Shown here: one piece after another, positions 52,625-62,606 of the stretch
Layout: each line of letters starts with the position of its first letter
Numbering within the stretch: the first letter of the stretch is position 1
Assembly: GCA_040756875.1 (NCBI GenBank)
Contig: JBFLYH010000001.1
Span: forward strand, 768,001-832,000
DNA from: a candidate division FCPU426 bacterium
Lineage (GTDB): Bacteria; Oederibacteriota; JAAXVQ01; JAUVAV01
Direction: 5' to 3'
Length of the DNA stretch: 64,000 bases
Translations under genes and position numbers: made by a program
The notes under the pieces: model-generated
What the model saw: only the letters and a program-made list of their open reading frames with translations
What the model was told of the DNA's origin: nothing
The model's database searches: none

Positions 52625-53017
52625 TCAGGTTTTGCAATTCCGCTGCTTTGGGGCAGTTTCTTCACACTCTTCACGCTCCGCCCTTTTGCCGCCAAATGCA
52701 TGGATGGTCCGGGTGCCTGCGCAACAGCGCCCTCCGTGCCGCAGGCCTGCCGGTATGTGCAATTCATCTCCCGGTTTAAGGATTACTGTCTTTTCCGGCA
52801 AAATCACGGAATATTCCCCCTGCACGCACACGAGGTACTCGTCATATTCATGGGCATGAGCATTCGATTCACGGTCCTGATAACAGGTCCAGAAAGCCAT
52901 TTGGCTGCCGTCGACTCCGTCATAGACATAACCTTCAATGTCCCGGGTATATTGGGAGCTGCTTTTGATACGGTTGGCTGCTTTGCGCATGAATTCGGGA
53001 AAATGTTCCATAATCAC
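52625..53017 (-). CDS. Cupin domain protein
   Basis: HAHEYDEY..QG..PGDELHIPAGLRH. Confidence 0.88.
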   Translation of the reverse strand: MIMEHFPEFMRKAANRIKSSSQYTRDIEGYVYDGVDGSQMAFWTCYQDRESNAHAHEYDEYLVCVQGEYSVILPEKTVILKPGDELHIPAGLRHGGRCCAGTRTIHAFGGKRAEREECEETAPKQRNCKT

Positions 53018-53189
53018 CTCTCATTTTTTTAAAATCCTTCATATGTATAAATCCGCAGCACGAAAATCCACGGGTTTTGCTTAAGTTTTACAGATATCAG
53101 CGGATACTACCAAATGGGATAGTCGAATGGCAGCTCGCGGCCCGGTAAAAAGCAAGGGGCGGCCGCCCCTATTAAGAGGTACACCCGTC

Positions 53190-53594
53190 ATGAAACCCGT
53201 GACAATCATTGACGACGATTATATGACCGTTTGGTATCACATCGAAGATAAAATCCTGCATCACAAATTTAAAAAGTTTACTTCAGGCAGTCATCTCCGG
53301 GACAACATGCTCAAAGCAGCTGAAATCTTCCGTGACCGCGGTGCCTGTAAATGGCTGTCGGATGACCGCGAAAACTCCGCCATCCCCTCGGAAGACCGCG
53401 CCTGGGGCGATCAATACTGGCTGCCGATCGTCTTGAAAGCCGGTTGGAAGTACTGGGCGATGGTCCTGCCCCGCAAGATCGTGGGCCAAATGAACATGAA
53501 ACGGATCATTGACGCGTATGCCAAGCTCGGATTAACCACACAAATCTTTTCGGACCCCGAAACGGCCATGGGGTGGCTGAAAAATCAATCCTGA
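53190..53594 (+). CDS. Hypothetical protein (STAS/SEC14-like small domain)
   Basis: GAGG RBS; KWLSDDR, AGWKYWAMV, FSDPETAMGWL pattern. Confidence 0.7.
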   Translation: MKPVTIIDDDYMTVWYHIEDKILHHKFKKFTSGSHLRDNMLKAAEIFRDRGACKWLSDDRENSAIPSEDRAWGDQYWLPIVLKAGWKYWAMVLPRKIVGQMNMKRIIDAYAKLGLTTQIFSDPETAMGWLKNQS

Positions 53595-53671
53595 CCAACT
53601 CAGCGTCCTATAGCGAGGCATTTTGTATAGGGAATGATTTCACATGGACTTCCAGCACTATTTACTGCGCA

Positions 53672-55435
53672 TCATTTGATTACTGCAAACTTAACGGAAG
53701 CTTTCAATACGCCATTCATTCGCACCCTAGCCAGATAAATGCCGCTTGCCACAGAATGGCAATCCCATAATAAATCCAGCTCCGGCCCCTGGGAGGCAGA
53801 ACCTCGCATTCCTGCGATCCGCTCTCCGGCCGGATTGAAAATATCTATGGTCACTTCGGCAGCTTGGGCTGTTTCTATGACAAAACGCACATGTTCCCGC
53901 GCGGGGTTGGGATAAACCAATATGCCATGAGCCCGCAGGAGATCGTCCGCCCGCGGATCGCGAGGCCAAACGGTACAGGTCTGTGTGACGGTTGGGCTGG
54001 CCGTGCTCAGAACGGTTGCGAAGGCCGAAGGACTTGCCGTTTGGGTTGGGGTTGAAGTAACAGTAGTGGTATCTGGCGGAGTTCCAGTCTCGGAAGCCGT
54101 GGCAGTGGACGTTACGGTGGAAGTGACGCTGGCAGTCCAGGTTGGAGTCGTCGTTGGAGTGGGTGTTGGGGTGGAGGTCATGGTCGGCGTCGAGGTGCTC
54201 GTGCCCGTTGCAGTTGTGGTAGCAGTCGGCGAAACGGTTGTTGTAGGCGTGGGCGTTGGAAAGGCATGGTGTTTGATATAAAGCCGAGCCGGAGCGCCTT
54301 CGCTCCAACCTGCGAAAAGGTAGTAATTGCCCTGGGCGAGACTGGGGTTCACGGCGGAAGCGTTGACATCGTAATTTAAATACGTCCCGTCCAGGGCCCA
54401 GCTGGAACCGTTATAATATTTGACGTAAATGAAGTTCTGGCCTGACCCGCTTTCTTGCCAGGCAACATATTGGGTGCCAGCATAGAAAACGGAGCTTGGA
54501 TTCGCCGCACTGCGGTTCACGTCTGCATTGAGATACGTCCCCCTGGAATACCAGGCGCCGCCGCTGTAGTATTTAACATAGACAGAGGTAGGACCGGCAA
54601 CCGTCTCCTCCTGCCAGGCCACAGCCGGGATTCCGCTGTCCGCGCAGATGCTCGGATTGGTCGCATTGCGGTTCGCATCCACATTGAGGAAGCTTCCGCA
54701 TGGTTGCCAGGAGGCGCCGTCATAGTACTTAACCCAGACGTGCTGGCGCAAACCATCGCTCTCCTGCCAGGCTACATAAGGCGTGCTGCCGCTGAATGCC
54801 AAGCTGGGATTGAGTGCGCTATAATTTGCATCGTAATTGAGGTAGCTTCCGCACAACTGCCATAAACCGCCTGAGTAGCGTTTCACATACAACCGGCTCG
54901 CGCCCGCAGTGGTCTCATTCCAAGCGACATAGGGCACGCCGCCGTTTACCGCCAGGCTGGGATTGGTCGCGGAACGGTTTGCATCCACATTGAGTTGAGC
55001 GCCCTGCGGTTGCCAGTTGAATCCATCGTAATACCTGACCCAGATTTTGTTGTTAATCCCATCGGTTTCCTGCCAGGCTATATACGGCGTACTGCCGTTA
55101 AACGCTAGGCTGGGATTGGCCGCACTGCGGTTAACGTCCTGGTTGAGCGAGCCCCCGCACGGCTGCCAACCGAAACCGTTGTAAAATCGCACATAGATTT
55201 GTTCGGCTGTGCCGTTGTTCTCTTGCCAAGCGACAAATGGGGTGGAGCTGTCAATAGATACGCTTGGTGCCAAAGCACTACGATTGACATCAATATTAAG
55301 GCTGCCATTGTCCGGAACCCAGGAAGCGCGAAGCAAACCAGGTGGAATCAGGAGTAAAAGGAAGGTAAAAATAAAAAAAAACCGCTTAAATCGGGGTTCC
55401 GTGCTACCATTTACACCATAATATCGAGATTGCAT
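53672..55435 (-). CDS. Secreted 7-bladed beta-propeller (lectin-like) protein with Pro/Thr linker and T9SS-like CTD
   Basis: Seven repeats of about 51 aa (W.P.G..LN.D.NRSA.NPS....PYVAWQE), PT-rich linker, VYPNPA..IFNPAGE..ASGIY..KFAVIK; start set at MQSRY. Confidence 0.85.
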   Translation of the reverse strand: MQSRYYGVNGSTEPRFKRFFFIFTFLLLLIPPGLLRASWVPDNGSLNIDVNRSALAPSVSIDSSTPFVAWQENNGTAEQIYVRFYNGFGWQPCGGSLNQDVNRSAANPSLAFNGSTPYIAWQETDGINNKIWVRYYDGFNWQPQGAQLNVDANRSATNPSLAVNGGVPYVAWNETTAGASRLYVKRYSGGLWQLCGSYLNYDANYSALNPSLAFSGSTPYVAWQESDGLRQHVWVKYYDGASWQPCGSFLNVDANRNATNPSICADSGIPAVAWQEETVAGPTSVYVKYYSGGAWYSRGTYLNADVNRSAANPSSVFYAGTQYVAWQESGSGQNFIYVKYYNGSSWALDGTYLNYDVNASAVNPSLAQGNYYLFAGWSEGAPARLYIKHHAFPTPTPTTTVSPTATTTATGTSTSTPTMTSTPTPTPTTTPTWTASVTSTVTSTATASETGTPPDTTTVTSTPTQTASPSAFATVLSTASPTVTQTCTVWPRDPRADDLLRAHGILVYPNPAREHVRFVIETAQAAEVTIDIFNPAGERIAGMRGSASQGPELDLLWDCHSVASGIYLARVRMNGVLKASVKFAVIK

Positions 55436-55530
55436 TGGAATTCCTTTCCAGAGGATTCCATTTAATACCCATTTATATCGGCTGGCAACAGATTTCTGAA
55501 CACTTCTATGGCAGCGGGCGGTAAAGCAGC

Positions 55531-57516
55531 ATGGAAGCACCATCAAATAGCCTCCTCAAAACCAATCCTTTCCTAACCGTGGTCTATGTCACTACTGCGG
55601 CACTCCTGCTCTTCGGATTATTTCTGCAGCCCATTCAGGATCCGGACGTTTATATCCATTTGCGGGACGGAAAAGAATGGGTGGATTCCGGGTTTACGCC
55701 GGGAGCAGATCCTTTCACTTTTACCCTAGGCGAGCACCATTCCGCTGAAAAAGTCGAATGGCTGTTCCGGATACTGCTGTACTCCGTGTGGCAGGCCGGA
55801 GGCCTGACCGCGCTCATCCTGCTTAAAGCACTGATCATGACCCTTTCGGTCCTGGGCCTAGGGGCATTACTCTGGCGCCAATGGCCGAATTTATTCGTGG
55901 TCAGTATCCTGCTGGGTTTGGGTTTGCTTGCTCCCGGTCTGCCGGTTTTTGATCCCCGACCCTGGCTGGTGACTTATCCCTGTTTGATTCTCAGCCTATG
56001 GCTCCTGGAAAACGTCCGGGAAGAGTTTATCCAAACTCCATTTCGCAAATGGCGATATATACTGTTTTTTCCCGCACTGACGGTTTTTTGGGTTAATTGC
56101 CACCCGGGCTTTGTCCTACTGCCGGTCGTATTGGGCGCAGAATGTGCCGAAGCACTCTGGCACTATGCGGTCAAACGGTCCAAAACCGCCCGCCGCCACA
56201 TGCTTTTCGCAAGCGGATTATTGCTGGCGGTTATCCTCGCAGGCGCCGCGAATCCCCTCGGATTTAATATTTACACCTGGGTGCTCAGTATTCCTTTTAA
56301 TCCCCTCTTGACCACGACCATCGTCGAATGGCTGCCGCCGGAGCTTGTGCGCAAACCATTTTTCTTCCTGATTTTGGCTTCATTTTGGATAGGGGCGCTC
56401 GTCGCGTGGCGCCGCGTGCGCTTGCGCGACGTGTTGTTGTTGGCACTTTTCTCATTTCTGGCCGTGAAATCACGCCGCCAAATAGGCGTGTTCATCATCC
56501 TGGTGCTTCCGCCACTGACGGCTCTGCTGCATCTGATTTCCAAACGTTTTCATCCGCTTTTTTCTCGCCCAGATTCGTGGCGCCGTATCAGCTTAAGTGC
56601 TTCTGCTGCCGGGCTGCTTTTGGCAGCCATTCTAGGCGCGGTTCAGGGCTGGGCCTTCAGAACGGGCGAGAACTTCGAAGCCTACCCATCGGCAGCCCTG
56701 GCCTGGCTGCAACAGGAAAATAAAACCGGCCGCCTTTTTTGCCCCTTGCACTGGGGCGGATTTGTCGGCTGGAAGGCAAAAGGATGTTTTACGATTTTTC
56801 TCGACGGCCGGCTGCCCGAATACCCGCAACCCCTTTACCAGGATTACCTAGATATATACTACGGCAAACCCGGACGCGCACTCAATTTGCTGCAGGATTG
56901 GCGCGTGCAAATCCTCTTGCTCTCCCCTCACGACGATCCTGCTCTCTTTCGGGAACTTGCTCTTTCTCGCCATTGGAATTTGGTTTATTGGGACCACACA
57001 GCCGAAGTTTTCCTGCCAACCGAGGGATCACACGAGGAGTGGATGCAAGCGCACGCCTATCGTTACCTTGATCCCAACAGCCAGCCGTTTTTCGATCCCA
57101 ACCACCCAGACCTGGCTTATGCCGAAGCGCGACGTGCCATCCATGCGGCACCAGAATCTTATCTCCCCTACTATTTTGCCGGAAATCTCCTGGTGCGCGC
57201 CGCCGAATTGTCCGCAGCGCAAAAGCCGTTGCAGACTGCCATTGCCCTGGAACCTACATACGCCTACGCGCTGTTTGATTTGGCCTTTATTGCCTGGCGG
57301 CAATCCCGTTCTCCAGAGGCCGAAACCTACGCCCGCCGTGTCCTCCAACACAGCCAAAATCGGATGTTGAGCGCAAAAACCCACATGCTACTGGCGGAGA
57401 TTCTCGAGTCTCAGCCGCGACGGCGCTCTGAAGCCAGACGCCAAGCCCGTCTGGCCAAGCAAAAAGATCCAGCTTTAAACGGAATCGACGAACTCATTGA
57501 AAGGCTGTCGCACTGA
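55531..57516 (+). CDS. Polytopic membrane protein (GT-C-like) with C-terminal TPR
   Basis: DPDVYIHL..G, EWLF, RP, WVNCHPGF, NPLG, EWLP, WGGF, FLDGR motifs; TPRs. Confidence 0.75.
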   Translation: MEAPSNSLLKTNPFLTVVYVTTAALLLFGLFLQPIQDPDVYIHLRDGKEWVDSGFTPGADPFTFTLGEHHSAEKVEWLFRILLYSVWQAGGLTALILLKALIMTLSVLGLGALLWRQWPNLFVVSILLGLGLLAPGLPVFDPRPWLVTYPCLILSLWLLENVREEFIQTPFRKWRYILFFPALTVFWVNCHPGFVLLPVVLGAECAEALWHYAVKRSKTARRHMLFASGLLLAVILAGAANPLGFNIYTWVLSIPFNPLLTTTIVEWLPPELVRKPFFFLILASFWIGALVAWRRVRLRDVLLLALFSFLAVKSRRQIGVFIILVLPPLTALLHLISKRFHPLFSRPDSWRRISLSASAAGLLLAAILGAVQGWAFRTGENFEAYPSAALAWLQQENKTGRLFCPLHWGGFVGWKAKGCFTIFLDGRLPEYPQPLYQDYLDIYYGKPGRALNLLQDWRVQILLLSPHDDPALFRELALSRHWNLVYWDHTAEVFLPTEGSHEEWMQAHAYRYLDPNSQPFFDPNHPDLAYAEARRAIHAAPESYLPYYFAGNLLVRAAELSAAQKPLQTAIALEPTYAYALFDLAFIAWRQSRSPEAETYARRVLQHSQNRMLSAKTHMLLAEILESQPRRRSEARRQARLAKQKDPALNGIDELIERLSH

Positions 57517-57615
57517 ACCGGCTTCCGTCCTCCCATTCGAGTGAATAACCCTCATTTCCCCAGGTTGCCTTGCTGGCCCAAGTGAATCAAAACGCATATT
57601 TTGGAGGACAATAAC

Positions 57616-57647
57616 AAAAAACCCCTGCGCCTTTCGACGCAGGGGTT
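57616..57647 (-). terminator. Intrinsic terminator
   Basis: AACCCCTGCG..CGCAGGGGTT hairpin, U-tract on the minus strand. Confidence 0.75.
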
Positions 57648-57699
57648 GATTATTAATCCTTAATTATGCCGCCCGGTTTTCGGGGGGGCCGAATGCCGT

Positions 57700-58221
57700 T
57701 TACCACCTGTCAAATACCCATATCAATGCAGCCGCAATAATGAAAAAGACCGCCAACCCAAAAGTAAATAAAATGCCGATTATATCGCAGCCCTTGATTA
57801 ATACCGCCTGTCTTGGATAGTCTGGTTGATAATAGACGGTCACCTGATCGCCGGCAGGATATACGGCAATCAGACCGCGGCGGGAGAACACCATGCCGAA
57901 TTGAATCCGTTCCCCTCGATACTCTTGGCCGTCGACCGTATAGGTGTAGGCTATTTTGGGATAAGCCGTCTTCACACTCCCGCCGGTTCTGCCGCCGTAT
58001 GCCAAATTTTGCGATATCACGTTTTTAGCATCCGCGACCATACCGGTCGTGCTCGGCCATTTTTCAGTCCATATACCGCGCACATATTGCGTAACGCCCA
58101 GATAGATTTCATACCCGGCCAGCAGCAAGCAGAGGGTCATCAACATTCTCGAAACAAACGACGACTCTGACATTGCATACTTCTCATTTTGGCTGGTATT
58201 GTTTTCAGGGTTCTCTTTCAT
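57700..58221 (-). CDS. DUF3592-type membrane protein
   Basis: TM-WPSTTG..YTYTVDGQEY..YPAGDQVTVYYQP..AVL-TM. Confidence 0.85.
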   Translation of the reverse strand: MKENPENNTSQNEKYAMSESSFVSRMLMTLCLLLAGYEIYLGVTQYVRGIWTEKWPSTTGMVADAKNVISQNLAYGGRTGGSVKTAYPKIAYTYTVDGQEYRGERIQFGMVFSRRGLIAVYPAGDQVTVYYQPDYPRQAVLIKGCDIIGILFTFGLAVFFIIAAALIWVFDRW

Positions 58222-58348
58222 GACCTTCTCTCCACATAACGAGGCCGGTTGCTTCTAGGTTGTTTGCATTTTACAAATTGTAGTATGGGTTAAAAAGAAT
58301 TGGCAAGGTCATTTTGATTGGAAGACTGTTCGACGATTGATAAAAAGC

Positions 58349-58506
58349 AAAACCCCCGCAGGATTTCTCCCGCAGGGGCTTTGGTATTATAATTCCGGCG
58401 ACGTCCTAACACGTTCGCCGCGCAGCGGCAGTAAATGTGTCACTATTTCATCTCGTGTCATGACGCCGCGTATTCCAGCGGCGGAATTCTTCCCACGCAG
58501 TTGCCC
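58349..58506 (-). repeat. Terminator hairpin + duplicated 5S rRNA 3' end(s), copy A
   Basis: AATTCCGGCGACGTCCTA (58391) and degenerate ATTCCAGCGGCG..TTCCCACGCAGTTGCCC (58472) match the intact 5S 3' region AATTCCGGCGGCGTCCTACTTTCCCACACAGTTACCC. Confidence 0.75.
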
Positions 58507-58525
58507 AAATTTCGACTTTGTTAAC

Positions 58526-58843
58526 AAGTTGACTCCGGCCCCATTCATGATACCGCGTCTTCTGAATATAGTTTTACATCATTCCACGTCCGGTTCGGCA
58601 ATTGGCCTGATATCACTCTCCCCTTTCAACTTTCAAATGATGACAGGTTGTATAGACCAGGGATCAAGGGGAGTTGCGAAGTTGTTAATTCAATTCCAGC
58701 GGCGGAATTCGTTCCATGCAGTTGTCCGAATTTCGACTTAAGTTAATAAGTTAACTCCGGCCCCGTTCAAATATTTCCGGAGGTTAACTAGTTATTTTAA
58801 TTACGTCCCCTACCCACACATAAGTTAACTCCGGCCCCGTTCA
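58526..58843. repeat. Three copies of a 22-nt REP-like motif AAGTT[AG]ACTCCGGCCCC[AG]TTCA
   Basis: Copies at 58526, 58748 and 58822. Confidence 0.8.
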
Positions 58844-58948
58844 TGTGGCAGTTTGGGACGCAATTAAAATAACCATTTAATTATCTAATGACCACGTTAG
58901 TATAATTATGCGGAGGCTAACTAGTTATTTTAATTACGTCCCCTACCC
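58844..58948. repeat. 105-bp REPIN-like element, copy 1
   Basis: Identical to 60718-60822; internal IR GGGACG[CT]AATTAAAATAAC; partial third copy at 58778-58817. Confidence 0.85.
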
Positions 58949-59026
58949 CCCATTTTCATTTTGCGCCTATCTTTTTTGCGTTTATTTTGAAAGCCTATTA
59001 AATTGCGCGATTTAACCGCCTAATTT

Positions 59027-59256
59027 GAATTCAAATTAAAAAAAGCCCCCGGAAATCACCCTGGGGCTTTTTTTTAATTTAAATTCCGACGGCGTCCTAA
59101 CATGTTAACTGCGAAGCAGTTGCGGAGCAGAATTGTAATGTTATTCTCACCTTCCATGTCATGACGCCGCATTCTTCGGCGGCAGAATTCTTCCCACGGA
59201 GTTGCCCACGCAGTTATCCCCACGCAGAATCATCGGCTCCGAGGGGCTTAACGACC
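59027..59256 (-). pseudogene. Interrupted partial 5S rRNA copy with rrn-type terminator, copy B
   Basis: Terminator nearly identical to 63163-63221, then AATTCCGACGGCGTCCTA, an insert of about 70 nt, then 5S-like sequence up to ATCATCGGCTCCGAGGGGCTTAACGACC. Confidence 0.8.
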
Positions 59257-59288
59257 ACGTTAGGGTTGCTTCTCACCTCCAGGTTTCG

Positions 59289-59849
59289 TCATCGCTTGAT
59301 CTTTCGATCTGCGCTACGTCTTTTTGAAGACTTTTTTATTCGCTTTGCTTGTAGATCGTTTTCAAGTAACTTAAGGAGCGCAGTATTAAATTTCCGCTCA
59401 ATTTCATCCGTGTTAATTTTTTCACTAAACCCGATTTGCGCAACTTTTTCTTCCATAAATTGGCCATCCTTCTGAATATGTCGAACAACTAAATCAAGAG
59501 GAGGGCAACGATCACCCTTTTTACCGCCCTCTGAGTGCGCATTAATAATGGCGGCAATAAGATCAATGATGCTTTTCGCAAGAGAGATTCCAGCAGTAGT
59601 TAATGCTAAATAAACAAGAATTTCCGGGCCACTTTCATGCTCTTCAAACTGAAATGTAGTTTGGTCTGGCGTTAACGCGTTTAAGAATTTATCAATTTCG
59701 GCATATGCATAAGGCGCATGTTGCCTATGAAAACATCCTACTTTAACGCGAAGTTTGATCGAGACTGTTATATAATTTTCAGGGACAGAGTAAGCACGCT
59801 CAAAATCAAGCATACGTTTCTTAAATACGCCGTTCCAGGTTGATTCCAT
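59289..59849 (-). CDS. Hypothetical protein (AT-rich cargo)
   Basis: 186-aa ORF from MESTWN, GAGG RBS. Confidence 0.65.
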   Translation of the reverse strand: MESTWNGVFKKRMLDFERAYSVPENYITVSIKLRVKVGCFHRQHAPYAYAEIDKFLNALTPDQTTFQFEEHESGPEILVYLALTTAGISLAKSIIDLIAAIINAHSEGGKKGDRCPPLDLVVRHIQKDGQFMEEKVAQIGFSEKINTDEIERKFNTALLKLLENDLQAKRIKKSSKRRSADRKIKR

Positions 59850-59949
59850 TTTTTCGCCTCGCTTCGCGTGAAAAAATGATTCAAACACCTGCAAGCATTT
59901 AAAATTATAGGTTTTCTTTCATAATTTGGAAAGGGGATTTCGAATATAA

Positions 59950-60717
59950 TGTAAAGCCAAAGTAAGAATGTCCGGTTTCTACCAAAATAGAAATATCCGG
60001 TTTTAGCCTGCCAATGCCAGCTTGCCTCCGGAGGCGATTCTCAGTTTGTAAGTCGCCTCTTTCCAAGGATGTGAGTCAGCTGCCGGGCGCTTTACTTGGC
60101 GCAATCGTGGGCGTGCTTGAGCCAACGGAACCGCAGTCAACTCGAGACGCTTCGCCAATTTTTTATAGGGAACGATCCGCTCCCCTGACACGATTCGCAT
60201 TTTGCCGTTGCATTGCTCTTGTACCTCTGCTTTTCCGCCCGTGCGGCGGCCCATCAGTTGATACCATTGCCCGCGATGCACGATGGTGCCGTCTTTGCGC
60301 ACTGGATGCTCCGTTCTGACGCTTAAAATCGCATTCAAATCCGTCCCGGCGGCTAGCGGACGATGAAAGTCTTCGGGTTCCATGGCGGCCACACTAAAGC
60401 GCTGGTTGTGATTTTTCCAGTATTCCTCCAAAAAACGGTTGGCTTCCTCAAGCGTGCTGATATTCCTCAGCCTCAGTTCCTTGACTAGCCGGTCTTGATC
60501 GGTTCTAAACGACCGCTCGATTCTTCCCTTGGCCGGCGCCGAGTGTGCATGAATGACCCGGATGCCTAGCCGTTCGGCCGCTTTTTCAAACTCGCTCTGC
60601 GCTTTTTGGTTTTCCAGCTCTTCCCGCACGGTCTCTCGACGCTTGGCCTGGTACGTTCCATGCCGGTCCACATAAATAGAACCCGGTATACCGTTGCGCC
60701 TTATATACCGTTTGAGT
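59950..60717 (-). mobile_element. 5'-truncated ISNCY/IS1202-like DDE transposase remnant with one end
   Basis: YVDRHGTY, LGIRVIHAHSAPAKGRIERSF..QDRLVKELRL..EEANRFL..HNQRF; repeated TCCGGTTT motifs just beyond the stop; N-terminus replaced by the 105-bp repeat. Confidence 0.85.
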
Positions 60718-60822
60718 TGTGGCAGTTTGGGACGCAATTAAAATAACCATTTAATTATCTAATGACCACGTTAGTATAATTATGCGGAGGCTAACTAGTT
60801 ATTTTAATTACGTCCCCTACCC
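60718..60822. repeat. 105-bp REPIN-like element, copy 2
   Basis: Direct repeat of 58844-58948. Confidence 0.85.
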
Positions 60823-61054
60823 ACGCAATGTGGGCAGCAGAGCATTTGAGAGGCGACAGGAGAGAGTGGATAACACCTCAAATGCGGTCTACTCTCCACT
60901 ATCTACTTTCAAAGGATGTCAGGATGTATAGATCGGGGATCAAGGGGGAGTTGCGAAGTTGCAGATTCAATTCCGACGGCGTCCTTACGCGCAACAGCAG
61001 CGAAGTTGACTAGGATTAAGTATGGTGTCCCCGTAATTAAGCGAGAGATCAATT

Positions 61055-61717
61055 TCAAGGTCGCTTAAATAAATTTACTATAATCGTTATTGCAGCGCCA
61101 ATTATCGCGCCAATTATAATTTTAATAATGTCATCTTTTTGCCTGATAACAAAATTTTTACTCTCGTGAGATTTAATTAATTCCAACCTAGAGAAGAAAC
61201 CCATTTGCATGAAAATTGACAATAAAAAGCTTAATGACGAACTTAGAAATAATGGTAAAACAACACACAATCTAACAACGCGATTAGGTATCCAAGCCTT
61301 AATTATATCAACGGGAATTATAATTATTAAGAATAATAATAGGGTATATGAAACCCCTACCACAATAGGATTTAATATGCGGCTAATTAATATCCTTCTC
61401 CTTTTTAATATCGCCATTATTTTCTCAAATGCATAAAATGCATTTTTATCTGAAACCGAACCATACAGCCACACATTAGTTTTGCTCACATCCAAAGATA
61501 TATAATAAGGCGTATATACCCTTATAGCAATTTTAGGTGGCGTTATACCTCTGGTGGATATTAATTCTTCAAGCGAACTATATCTGTTCTCACCATCTTC
61601 TATTATAACTTCAGGTGACATCTCAGACAGAAGGCTAATTATTTCCTCGACGTCATCCTTAAATAACTTTACCGTAAAACAGTGCACACCCTTTGTTTTG
61701 TTGGTTATTTTTTCCAT
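61055..61717 (-). CDS. Hypothetical membrane protein (3 TM, very AT-rich)
   Basis: 220-aa ORF with hydrophobic C-terminal half. Confidence 0.75.
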   Translation of the reverse strand: MEKITNKTKGVHCFTVKLFKDDVEEIISLLSEMSPEVIIEDGENRYSSLEELISTRGITPPKIAIRVYTPYYISLDVSKTNVWLYGSVSDKNAFYAFEKIMAILKRRRILISRILNPIVVGVSYTLLLFLIIIIPVDIIKAWIPNRVVRLCVVLPLFLSSSLSFLLSIFMQMGFFSRLELIKSHESKNFVIRQKDDIIKIIIGAIIGAAITIIVNLFKRP

Positions 61718-61805
61718 TGCATGTTCCCTTGTTTTTATAATATTTGTGCCTAAGTGGAGTTCCTCAAAAGCACTGCACTACCGTTCTTGACCCCAAGATG
61801 CCGTA

Positions 61806-62606
61806 CTACTTCTTTAGTTTCGCACATTCTTTACAATATGGACGTTGCCTACTAGTATCTATTTGTTTATCTCGCGAAAATACCTTATTACATTCTCCAC
61901 AATTGTAAGTATATCGTCCATGAATTAGTTCCTTAATGTGATCCTGGAAATAAAAGGGGGCGATGTCAAACTGAAATTCAGATAGCGAAAAAGATGTTTG
62001 ACGATTTTCAGCCTTCAATTCGTCCGGGTGCGAGGTAGCAACAATAACATTACGTGTATATTCGGGATAGGCAATTTTAATAGCCGGTAAAACATCAGAA
62101 TCACCGGTTACTATTACATGATAATCTTCATGTCTTGTTATTGCATATTTAATTAACAGGGCAACAACGGTTGTATCTACCTGTTTTTCTTGATAGGTAT
62201 GCTCAACCCACCTTTCAAACATATATTTCTTTAATATCGGTCTATAGATCGCCTGATCTGAATATCCCGCATTTATAGCGTGGTGCGTAAATTTTTGTCT
62301 GGCATCTATACCTTTTTTCAGATTTGAAATATTATCCTTGGAATATTTTCCATCAGAAAATAACAACCATTGTTCTATTTCTTTTACCGAAGGCCAAGTA
62401 AATATCGAAGTGCTAATAAACCTATCGCCCAATTCAGCACATCCCGGATCAATGTGATTAATATAATTTAATAAAGTCTGGTCAAATTTCTTAAAATTGA
62501 ATGGGAAGAATATGTCTGGCGTTTCCGTTTTCCTCGCCAAAACTTTATTTGGTGCACAAATCCTAAATAACCAAGAACCATCTACATAGGTATTTATTCT
62601 GCTCAT
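61806..62606 (-). CDS. NYN (LabA/DUF88, PIN-like) domain protein with C-terminal Zn ribbon
   Basis: YVDGSW, EKQVDT, IVTGDSDVLPAI, CGEC..CKEC; start set at MSRIN. Confidence 0.82.
   Translation of the reverse strand: MSRINTYVDGSWLFRICAPNKVLARKTETPDIFFPFNFKKFDQTLLNYINHIDPGCAELGDRFISTSIFTWPSVKEIEQWLLFSDGKYSKDNISNLKKGIDARQKFTHHAINAGYSDQAIYRPILKKYMFERWVEHTYQEKQVDTTVVALLIKYAITRHEDYHVIVTGDSDVLPAIKIAYPEYTRNVIVATSHPDELKAENRQTSFSLSEFQFDIAPFYFQDHIKELIHGRYTYNCGECNKVFSRDKQIDTSRQRPYCKECAKLKK

Noticed and set aside
50450-53032. Plus-strand ORFs of 184-261 aa opposite the CBS/NTF2/MFS/cupin genes
   Set aside because: Antisense to well-supported genes, with no recognisable features
54000-54260. Low-complexity repeat tract
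   Set aside because: Simply encodes the Pro/Thr linker of the propeller protein
58526-58948. CRISPR array interpretation of the short repeats
   Set aside because: Irregular spacing, mixed repeat families, no cas genes
58337-59475. ORFs 58337-58741 and 59161-59475 sharing AEFFPRSCP
   Set aside because: The similarity comes from translating non-coding 5S-derived repeats
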